Virus record (IMG/VR): IMGVR_UViG_3300021963_000021
Span: 186,001-250,000 of that record
Strand: one strand, 5' to 3'
DNA length: 64,000 nt
In this document: in pieces, positions 1 to 7,427 of the stretch
How the letters are laid out: every line of letters begins with the position of its first letter
Position numbering within the stretch: the first letter of the stretch is position 1
Notes under the pieces: model-generated
Told to the model about the DNA's origin: nothing
The model's database searches: none
The model's input: the letters and a program-made list of their open reading frames with translations, nothing else
Translations under genes and position numbers: made by a program

Positions 1-131
1 TTGACCTCTTTTAGGTCTGGACATTCTTTAAACATTTCTTCAGGTGCGTCTGGAAAAGACATCTTAACAGGTGCTGTAGTCATACAACCTGCTAAGAGTA
101 ATACTGGTAATAAGATTAAAAGTCTTTTCAT
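1..131 (-). CDS. o-spanin (Rz1-like) lipoprotein, partial (runs off window)
   Basis: Not in ORF track. Manual translation MKRLLILLPVLLLAGCMTTAPVKMSFPDAPEEMFKECPDLKEV: signal peptide, LAGC lipobox, Pro-rich; ATGA overlap with upstream i-spanin. Confidence 0.75.
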   Translation of the reverse strand, partial: MKRLLILLPVLLLAGCMTTAPVKMSFPDAPEEMFKECPDLKEV

Positions 132-592
132 TTTTTATCTTTTTTAATTGTTTTCGCTGAGTGATTTAAAATATTAACTGCGTCATCTGGTACTTTACAT
201 TCGGCATTGATGATCACTTCTTTTTCTTTGATTTCTTCTTGTACAACTATTTTGGTATCAGTGATTACTTGGACTCGGTCCTTGTACTCGACAACAATTT
301 TTTCGTTTACCTGTTGTGACTTTTCTTCAGCAGCCGCCACTTGTTTTTCTAGTTCAGCAACACGCTCTCTCCACATTATTTCGACACCATAGCCGCCTTT
401 GAAATACACGCCGGCAGTTAGCAGTAACACACCGATGATCTGGATTGGAGTGCGATACTGATTAACAAATGGTATAAACTTAATGAAGAATCCTGCTAGA
501 GTGCCTACAGCACCGATAAGCAGGACCGTGTTAATAATCCATAGCAAAACGGAATCTGGAATTAAACTGATCATCCAGCCTATCTGCCCCAT
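128..592 (-). CDS. i-spanin (Rz-like) inner-membrane protein
   Basis: N-terminal TM segments, long coiled coil, C-terminal ECKVP..AV..LN; directly followed by a lipoprotein gene. Confidence 0.65.
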   Translation of the reverse strand: MGQIGWMISLIPDSVLLWIINTVLLIGAVGTLAGFFIKFIPFVNQYRTPIQIIGVLLLTAGVYFKGGYGVEIMWRERVAELEKQVAAAEEKSQQVNEKIVVEYKDRVQVITDTKIVVQEEIKEKEVIINAECKVPDDAVNILNHSAKTIKKDKK

Positions 593-593
593 C

Positions 594-1334
594 TTAGACT
601 CCTGATATTCTAATAGTCATAGCTCGGTTGCCGTTTTCTAATACAAAGGCTTCACCGTATTTGTTAATATTAAAGTCGCCTAATAATTTTGTTAACCATA
701 AAGATTCAGCTGTGCTCTTGGTATCAATCTTAAGTGTTTCAGTTAGATCTTTTTGTATGTCGTCCTTGGCTCCGAACTTAACTATATCAAAACTAAACTT
801 CATACCGAATGGTTTTGTTATAGTAATTTTGTTGCCTTCGACAACTATTGAATCCTTGTATGTCTTTCCAAAGAATCGTGTAATTCCATCAACACGTTTT
901 GATTCCATCATAGTTTCATAGTCTAGCGCAGATGTTGGAACAATGCGGTTAATGTTTTCTTCGTTTAGATCATGTGAAGCAGTGCTTCTGTAATACTTGA
1001 ACTTCCACTCTTTGATATTAGTCAGTCTAGTAATACCATCGACTAGTTCGTGGATGTGTTCAGCTAGCTTAGGGCTTCTGGCTAATTCTACGAATACATG
1101 ATAGGTTCCTTCACGATCTTCGCCGGCGCTGACATCAGCGTCTAATACAAAGCCGTACCCTTTTTCTATAAATTCCATCATGTCTTTGGCAGGTGCTCTA
1201 TCTCTAGCTCTAAAAGACAATACGCAGACATCTCTGTCTTCGCCCATCTTGCTTTGGAATGCGTCAATTTCAAAAACATTGAACAGCATATCTTCTAAGT
1301 CATTAGGTCTTAGACCTTCTCTTAGTACTCTCAT
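594..1334 (-). CDS. hypothetical phage protein
   Basis: 246-aa ORF coupled to neighbours; no motif recognised. Confidence 0.6.
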   Translation of the reverse strand: MRVLREGLRPNDLEDMLFNVFEIDAFQSKMGEDRDVCVLSFRARDRAPAKDMMEFIEKGYGFVLDADVSAGEDREGTYHVFVELARSPKLAEHIHELVDGITRLTNIKEWKFKYYRSTASHDLNEENINRIVPTSALDYETMMESKRVDGITRFFGKTYKDSIVVEGNKITITKPFGMKFSFDIVKFGAKDDIQKDLTETLKIDTKSTAESLWLTKLLGDFNINKYGEAFVLENGNRAMTIRISGV

Positions 1335-1849
1335 TATACTTCTCCCTCTACAGGTTCAGTTGTGCCTTGCTGTGCTTGGGTCATTGGCATATCTACCTTG
1401 GGGATATCTTTGTCTACTTGATTTGTCTTGAGATCTCTGTAACCCTTGTTGATATCGAACATTAGTTTCTTAGGCATATGGATTTCAACGATCCATATAG
1501 GTTCGCGGTCGATCTTACCTTTTTTAGTTCCTGGTCGAATATCGTCGGGAGTTTTAATCTTACGAACTTTAGAAAGTTCTTCTTGTTTGTACAGCACTTT
1601 ACAGCCGTAATCTAACAAACGCTTCCCGCCCTGCGGGTTTGGCATTTTTTTAAGTGGCCACATAAAGCTACAGGTGACCCAGTATCTTGAATCTTTTGGA
1701 CCCGCAACAAGCTCTCCGTCGATCCAGTTTTCGTAAACATACAGATCTAGCTCGTCTAACACACGCTCGAAATCCTTCAAAATACTCAAGCTGGTAGTAG
1801 AACCATATATGTTTTCGATGTTTTTTAGCACTTCTTTGATATCTTGCAT
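1334..1849 (-). CDS. hypothetical phage protein (start revised to MQDIKEV)
   Basis: GAGGA RBS before ATG at 1849 and TAAATA motif at 1870-1875. Confidence 0.6.
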   Translation of the reverse strand: MQDIKEVLKNIENIYGSTTSLSILKDFERVLDELDLYVYENWIDGELVAGPKDSRYWVTCSFMWPLKKMPNPQGGKRLLDYGCKVLYKQEELSKVRKIKTPDDIRPGTKKGKIDREPIWIVEIHMPKKLMFDINKGYRDLKTNQVDKDIPKVDMPMTQAQQGTTEPVEGEV

Positions 1850-1996
1850 AGGTGATTTGTCCTCACAAGTATTTATTTCGATCAAAAAGTTATCATAAGT
1901 TATTATATTTTTAAAATGGTTGTAAATATCTGTGTGTTCGGCAACGGCACAAACGGTTTGGGCCCGTGCCTAGCACATCAATAGGAGGCTTACCCT

Positions 1997-2737
1997 TTGA
2001 GAAAAAACCGAAAAGCAGCTAGAAATCTAGCAGTGAAAGAAGTCGATAACGTAGTTCCGTTAAAGCAATTCCTACCAAGGAAGAAAAATAGAGTACTGAT
2101 ATATCCTAAAAACCTCAGTCAAGAAAACTATCTCCTAAAACTCCAAGAAGCTAAAAAACATATTGTATTTGCCGTAGGGCCTGCGGGCACTGGTAAAACT
2201 ATGTTGGCTTGTCAACAGGCAGTGCGCCTATTTCAAGAAGGAGAAGTTGATAAGATTGTTGTAACTCGACCCGCTGTAAGCGTGGATGAGCAGCATGGAT
2301 TCCTACCAGGAACTCTACAACAGAAAATGGAACCTTGGACAAGACCTATTTTTGATGTCTTTGAGGAATATTATTATGCCAAGGAAATTGAGACTTTTGT
2401 CAAAGAAGGAGTGATTGAAATAAGTCCGCTAGCATATATGAGAGGACGAACATTTAAGAAAAGTTTTATCATTGCTGACGAGATGCAGAACGCAACTCCG
2501 AGCCAGATGAAAATGCTGCTAACTAGACTAGGGGAAGGTTCACGTATGGTAGTTACCGGGGACCTACAGCAAGCTGATCGACCAACACACAACGGTTTGC
2601 TGGAATTTTTAAAACTATACGATAATTTTAAAAATCACAGGTACATTGATGTATGTCATTTCACAGTCGCAGACGTGGAAAGACATGAAGCAGTCAAGGA
2701 AATACTTGCGATCTATAAAGAAATTGAAGGGGTATAA
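1997..2737 (+). CDS. phoH: PhoH-family ATPase
   Basis: GPAGTGKT Walker A, TRPAV, RGRTF, DEMQN, RLGEGS, TGDLQQ; TTG start after AGGAGG. Confidence 0.95.
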   Translation: MRKNRKAARNLAVKEVDNVVPLKQFLPRKKNRVLIYPKNLSQENYLLKLQEAKKHIVFAVGPAGTGKTMLACQQAVRLFQEGEVDKIVVTRPAVSVDEQHGFLPGTLQQKMEPWTRPIFDVFEEYYYAKEIETFVKEGVIEISPLAYMRGRTFKKSFIIADEMQNATPSQMKMLLTRLGEGSRMVVTGDLQQADRPTHNGLLEFLKLYDNFKNHRYIDVCHFTVADVERHEAVKEILAIYKEIEGV

Positions 2738-2747
2738 AACAAGAAGT

Positions 2748-3071
2748 CTACTTTTTTAGATATTGAAGTTTGCCTGGGACACCGTCCCAAGCATTAGCAT
2801 CAGGCAGTGGCTCTTTTTTAATTGTTAAATTGGGCCACTGACCGGATAATTCTTTGTTGAGATCAAACCAAAACTTGACATCAATGTCAACATTGCTGTC
2901 GGGAACAATGGCATCTACTGGGCATTCTGGTACACAGACTCCGCAGTCGATACATTCGTCTGGATTGATGGCCAAGAAATTTGGGCCTTCATAGAAACAG
3001 TCAACTGGACATACTGTGACACAGTCTGTATGTTTACATTTGATACAGTTTTCTGTAACTAGATATGCCAT
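2748..3071 (-). CDS. fdxA: 7Fe ferredoxin (FdxA/FdI type)
   Basis: [18 protein letters not shown] and [12 protein letters not shown] motifs. Confidence 0.93.
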   Translation of the reverse strand: MAYLVTENCIKCKHTDCVTVCPVDCFYEGPNFLAINPDECIDCGVCVPECPVDAIVPDSNVDIDVKFWFDLNKELSGQWPNLTIKKEPLPDANAWDGVPGKLQYLKK

Positions 3072-3991
3072 TAACCGAACAACTTTGACAAGCGGATTAA
3101 AGTTGCGGAGAGATTTATTTCAGGATCCACAATAACACCGTGGTCTAAAAGTCCTTGTTTGACAATTAAGATAGCCTGATTTTGCTTTTCTTCATTACCG
3201 AAGATACTTGGATTATCATACAACCAACGATATACTTCGACCATTTCTTCAGCACGTAGTTTGCCACACAGCAGTTTTCTTGCTTCTTGGATCTTTCCTG
3301 CCTTAAACAATTCAACCATTTCAAACTTCCATTCGACATCGCCTGCGTCTGCTTGATTAGGCTGTGCCAACTTTAGTTCGTGTACATTTTGCTGTACAAG
3401 ATTGATACACTTACGAAGATCTGGATATGTGCTTGACACGTATACATCTAATGTTTCGAGATCAAACTCAACTTCTTCGGTTACTAAGATAGTTGCTACA
3501 CGGGCAATGAATTCAGTTTGATCAATCTTGTCAAATTGGAACTTTTGACAGCGACTTTGGATAGCATCCATGATCATCCAAGGTTTGTTACAGGTTAAAA
3601 TGAACCTTGCTGTCTGATGATATTCTTCCATAACCCCGCGAAGTGCTGCCTGCGCATTATGTGTTAGATAATCAGCCTCGTCTAGCAGCACAACCTTGAA
3701 CGGACCAAACGGGATCATCTGTACAAAGTTTGTGATTTTCTCACGAACATCGTCTACAGAGTTAGTACGTGATGCGTTCAGTTCGAGGATGTCGTATTCT
3801 TCAATGCCAATTTCATTGATTAGCATTTTTGCCATTGTGGTTTTGCCAATGCCTGGAGGCCCACTTAGCAATAAGTGTGGAATGCTCTTGTCTTTGATCC
3901 ACATCTCTACGATTTTCTTTTGATGATCATCACGCCAAACGTATCCGTCTAATGTCTTAGGGCGATACTTTTCTACCCATAAATCTTTCAT
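3071..3991 (-). CDS. sliding-clamp loader ATPase subunit (RFC/T4 gp44-like)
   Basis: [28 protein letters not shown] motifs. Confidence 0.92.
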   Translation of the reverse strand: MKDLWVEKYRPKTLDGYVWRDDHQKKIVEMWIKDKSIPHLLLSGPPGIGKTTMAKMLINEIGIEEYDILELNASRTNSVDDVREKITNFVQMIPFGPFKVVLLDEADYLTHNAQAALRGVMEEYHQTARFILTCNKPWMIMDAIQSRCQKFQFDKIDQTEFIARVATILVTEEVEFDLETLDVYVSSTYPDLRKCINLVQQNVHELKLAQPNQADAGDVEWKFEMVELFKAGKIQEARKLLCGKLRAEEMVEVYRWLYDNPSIFGNEEKQNQAILIVKQGLLDHGVIVDPEINLSATLIRLSKLFG

Positions 3992-4422
3992 TGTGTTAGC
4001 CCTTTGTTAATTTCTGCTGCTACTACTCTTTGTCTTAGTTCTGTTGTTGAGAAGTTATGCTCACGTTTATTGAAATATAATTCAATATCTCTCATTTCAC
4101 ATTCCCAACGCCCTGTGAAATCTTTTTCCATATACTCTTGTCCTAGTATTCTAACATTAATAGTATAAGAAAGCAAGATGTTTACGAGATCTTGTTCTGT
4201 TTCGTAGACAAGAATTTCGTCGACATACTTACAGGCTTTGAGTTGTTCGTAGCGTTCAAAGACACTTTGGATAGGTTTGTTTTTAGTATCCGGTCTATCG
4301 ATGGTAGGATCAGTTTGTAGGCCTACAATCAAATGATCGCATTGTGTCTTTGCTTCTTTGAGCATCATTATATGCCCAGCGTGGAACAAATCAAACGTTG
4401 AACAGGTAAACCCTATTTTCAC
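3988..4422 (-). CDS. cytidylyltransferase (TagD-like, HxGH family)
   Basis: TFDLFHAGH, LIVGLQTD, ERYEQLKACKYVDEI, STTELR. Confidence 0.85.
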   Translation of the reverse strand: MKIGFTCSTFDLFHAGHIMMLKEAKTQCDHLIVGLQTDPTIDRPDTKNKPIQSVFERYEQLKACKYVDEILVYETEQDLVNILLSYTINVRILGQEYMEKDFTGRWECEMRDIELYFNKREHNFSTTELRQRVVAAEINKGLTQ

Positions 4423-4661
4423 ACCATTTCCTCAACGATGCCTAGAACTTCTGCTAGGGCTAGACAAACACCTGCCATTAACAAGTTACCAGAAATTAAA
4501 ACAACGGCTCCGATAATTCGAATACCGCTTTTGGCAAAACTGATATACTTGTGTTTGACAGGATCAGGAATCTTTACTTCTGGTGTTTCTTTTTTAATAA
4601 CTGCGTCTAGTCTGCTTCTAAGATCTTTCATGATCTCTATATTTTGTTCATGGTCATTCAT
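4419..4661 (-). CDS. small hypothetical membrane protein
   Basis: 80 aa with hydrophobic C-terminus; overlaps both neighbours. Confidence 0.55.
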   Translation of the reverse strand: MNDHEQNIEIMKDLRSRLDAVIKKETPEVKIPDPVKHKYISFAKSGIRIIGAVVLISGNLLMAGVCLALAEVLGIVEEMV

Positions 4662-5079
4662 ATAAAATCTCCTCGGATAGATATCTTTTTAATTCTTTGT
4701 CTGTGGGTTTCACAGTATAATTCTTTTTGAAAAAAATCTCGTAGCTGTCACTGCCGTATTTGCCAATGCCATATAAATCTGTAGCATCGTCGCCGTCCCA
4801 GAATAGATAATCAAAGCTCATTTTTCTCAGTCGTTGTTCTCGGACATTAACCATGCCCAGCGACTTGATAACTTCCTTGACATCTTCGGGTCTACTGCTT
4901 AGATATGCTTTAGGACTAGCCCATCTAGAAAGAAAATCGGGCAGTACTTTTTTAACAGGTTTCCTGCCGGTCTGATTAAGCATGATGACAGACACCATAT
5001 GCTCCCATCCTCGGATCCAAGGATCGCTGGATGTTAGCTGTTGTTGTACCATTAAATCGTCTTTAAGAGGCTGAGTCAT
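4654..5079 (-). CDS. HhH-GPD DNA glycosylase, MBD4-like
   Basis: W..MVSVIMLNQT, LGM...R, LYGIGKYGSDSYEIF, PTDKEL..Y parallel the MBD4 catalytic domain (LHGIGKYGNDSYRIF). Confidence 0.75.
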   Translation of the reverse strand: MTQPLKDDLMVQQQLTSSDPWIRGWEHMVSVIMLNQTGRKPVKKVLPDFLSRWASPKAYLSSRPEDVKEVIKSLGMVNVREQRLRKMSFDYLFWDGDDATDLYGIGKYGSDSYEIFFKKNYTVKPTDKELKRYLSEEILYE

Positions 5080-5084
5080 ACCTC

Positions 5085-5114
5085 ATTATACAAAAAAAAA
5101 TAGGGGCCTGTCAA
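5085..5114 (-). promoter_or_regulatory. sigma70 promoter TTGACA-N18-TATAAT
   Basis: -35 at 5114-5109, -10 at 5090-5085; ATG 5 nt downstream. Confidence 0.7.
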
Positions 5115-5124
5115 GGCCCCTATT
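5091..5124 (-). terminator. intrinsic terminator that overlaps a sigma70 promoter
   Basis: AATAGGGGCCT-TGAC-AGGCCCCTATT hairpin followed by a T9 run, just after the MazG-like gene. Confidence 0.8.
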
Positions 5125-5125
5125 G

Positions 5126-5497
5126 TTATTCTTTTGCCAAAAACGGCTTTAAGTCGGGAGGCGTCCACCCCACTGGTTTGAGTACTTTTCCGTCCTCACG
5201 TTTACGAACCTTGCCTGTTTCTGAATCAATCTTGGCAAAGTTTGTCTTCATGACTTCTTTCCAGGCACCTTCAGCATCTGAGCCTAAACTGTGCATAGCA
5301 CCGATAGTTACTACTAGGATGTCTGTTAAAGCGTCTAAAGTTTCTAGTTGTAGCCCGCCTTTTAATGCTTCGGCTAACTCTGCTACTTCTTCCTCGATCA
5401 GTTTACAGTATAGATAAAATTGATCGTGGTTATAGTGATCGGTGGTTTGATCACAGGCCTTCATAAATTTTTCTTGATCTCGAAATGCGTTTGTCAT
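5126..5497 (-). CDS. MazG-like NTP pyrophosphohydrolase
   Basis: EEEVAEL...LDALTDILVV...N.AK...KREDGKVLKP. Confidence 0.85.
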   Translation of the reverse strand: MTNAFRDQEKFMKACDQTTDHYNHDQFYLYCKLIEEEVAELAEALKGGLQLETLDALTDILVVTIGAMHSLGSDAEGAWKEVMKTNFAKIDSETGKVRKREDGKVLKPVGWTPPDLKPFLAKE

Positions 5498-5886
5498 TTG
5501 TTTTCCAGTCTGTATGCGTCTACGGCTTGTTCTACATGAATGCCTTTGTTGATGTTAACTACGTCTTGAGGCTTTTCGTCGGACCACATGATGATAGATT
5601 TATTTTCTACCAATCTAATAGTGATAGTCTCGCCATCTTCTTGTTCGTATTCAATACCACGAGTCCAGCGACCATGCTCAACGCAGATCCAATCACCTAC
5701 GTTAAACTCCTCTTTGTGCTCTGGACCTACTGCCCATACTCGAGCCCACCGAGGATAGATGCCCTCGACTTTACCGTCATCGTTTTTAATAATGATACCG
5801 GTCTGTGTTTTCTGCTCTCCAAAATACATATCTGAAACCATTACCTTATCTTGTAACAGTCTTAGTTTACCTTTAAGAGCAGCCAT
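5494..5886 (-). CDS. groES: GroES/gp31-like co-chaperonin
   Basis: L.DKVMV, KT.TGIII mobile loop, V.AVGP, VGD. Confidence 0.8.
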   Translation of the reverse strand: MAALKGKLRLLQDKVMVSDMYFGEQKTQTGIIIKNDDGKVEGIYPRWARVWAVGPEHKEEFNVGDWICVEHGRWTRGIEYEQEDGETITIRLVENKSIIMWSDEKPQDVVNINKGIHVEQAVDAYRLENK

Positions 5887-6122
5887 TATTTGTCCTCGGC
5901 TTTCTTAACCTCAGCAGAGTCTGCTTTAACAGCACGTGGATTTCTAGCGTAGTAATCATTCATAATTTCTTCGCGAGTCTTTACGACTCTTCCACCTGCG
6001 CCTAGCTCGTCACCACGAGCATTTACACGAACATTACCCACTGCTGGAGTTAGTTCGTTAACTAGGGCTAGTTTTTCCATATCAACTTCTTTGCCCTGCA
6101 TGCTTTTATAAGTTCTACCCAT
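5886..6122 (-). CDS. hypothetical protein
   Basis: 78-aa coupled ORF with RBS. Confidence 0.55.
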   Translation of the reverse strand: MGRTYKSMQGKEVDMEKLALVNELTPAVGNVRVNARGDELGAGGRVVKTREEIMNDYYARNPRAVKADSAEVKKAEDK

Positions 6123-6597
6123 TATTTCCTCCTTTGAAGAATTCTTCTATTGGCAAGCTATATTTAATACTATCGATCTTATGTACCCCTATCAAATAGA
6201 GTACGTAACTGGCTACTGAACTACCTCGACCTACACCCCAAACTATGTTATTAGCTCTAAGGGTATCAACTAGGTATTTTATAGCTTTTAGCACGTCGAT
6301 CATTTCGTGCTGCTTATATAGATTTATCTCATCTATTAATCTTTGATAATTTTCTTTTGGACATTTTTCAATAAGGAACGCTTCTATATCCATGTCCTGA
6401 TAATCTTTTGGAATAAACCAATCTCTGTTTTTTGGAATTTCAGTAACAGGCATTGGATAGGTTAACTTTTCATCAAAGCAGCGTTTGATATAAAGTTCTA
6501 GGTCGTTGGAAATCTCAGATACTATAGCACCTTCAATGGCGCTAGGACCTCGTTTAAGTATACCGATTATTAGGTCTTGATCTGTATTACTGAACAT
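6115..6597 (-). CDS. DNA polymerase III alpha (DnaE)-like fragment
   Basis: Y.RL..E, GVGRGSSVASYVLYLIGVHKIDSIKY matches the DnaE GxGRGSxxGSxxxYxLGITxxDP motif; only 160 aa. Confidence 0.75.
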   Translation of the reverse strand: MFSNTDQDLIIGILKRGPSAIEGAIVSEISNDLELYIKRCFDEKLTYPMPVTEIPKNRDWFIPKDYQDMDIEAFLIEKCPKENYQRLIDEINLYKQHEMIDVLKAIKYLVDTLRANNIVWGVGRGSSVASYVLYLIGVHKIDSIKYSLPIEEFFKGGNNG

Positions 6598-6829
6598 TAA
6601 TCAATTGATCCAAGTCTTTATCTAGTTTGTTATTACTGTCTGTCATAGTTTGACGATGTCGTCTTGCTAATTCTTCTCTATATATTGTAACAAACATATT
6701 GACTTGTGTCAAGAGATCATAGTTCCCCAAACGTTGCGCTTGGAAGTATTTTTTGGTCAATTCTTGTAATTTAAGCTCTAGCTCAGCATCTTTTAATACA
6801 GTTAGATCTGGAGCAAAAGGGTGTATCAT
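6587..6829 (-). CDS. hypothetical protein
   Basis: 80-aa helical ORF in operon. Confidence 0.5.
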   Translation of the reverse strand: MIHPFAPDLTVLKDAELELKLQELTKKYFQAQRLGNYDLLTQVNMFVTIYREELARRHRQTMTDSNNKLDKDLDQLINVQ

Positions 6830-6830
6830 A

Positions 6831-7427
6831 TTATGAGAATGAACCTAGGTAGTTCATGAACAGCACTTTATCGCCATTGGTTCTGGCTCTAACAATGATT
6901 TCGATTAGAACTGGATTTCCTAAAGCTTCAGTGGCGCCAGTTACTGTTACACTGGTTGGAAAGTTTGAACTTTTCTTAATAGGAATTACACCGTCGGTGA
7001 AAAATGTAGCAGTTCTTGTTGTTGCGCCAATGGCATTAAGTTCCAAAATCATTCTAGAAGAGTTAGCATCGGGTATACCGTCAAACTCGAATTGAACATT
7101 TCGATCTAACACTAATAATTGATGGTCACCGTTGCCAAAGTCTAGAGTGAACAGGGCTGTATTGCTAGTTCCGCCATCAAGTACTTTGTGGGAATTCTGT
7201 CTAAGCACAGCATTAGAAATTTCCTGACCACTGAAATCTCCGCCATTTTCTGTGGCTTCAACTTGAAGACCTGCGGTCTTTGCCTGTAACGCACCAATTT
7301 CTGTAGATGCTGTGTTAAAGGCATTTTTGATAATGCCGAAATTATCACGGAAGCCTTGTGTGTCGTTGTCTATCCCGGCTTTTGGATATGTTTCGTCAAT
7401 TGTTGTGTAAACTATGTTGCTGCTCAT
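6831..7427 (-). CDS. putative virion/baseplate protein
   Basis: G.DNDTQGFRDNF..IK.AF N-terminal motif; structural gene context. Confidence 0.55.
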   Translation of the reverse strand: MSSNIVYTTIDETYPKAGIDNDTQGFRDNFGIIKNAFNTASTEIGALQAKTAGLQVEATENGGDFSGQEISNAVLRQNSHKVLDGGTSNTALFTLDFGNGDHQLLVLDRNVQFEFDGIPDANSSRMILELNAIGATTRTATFFTDGVIPIKKSSNFPTSVTVTGATEALGNPVLIEIIVRARTNGDKVLFMNYLGSFS

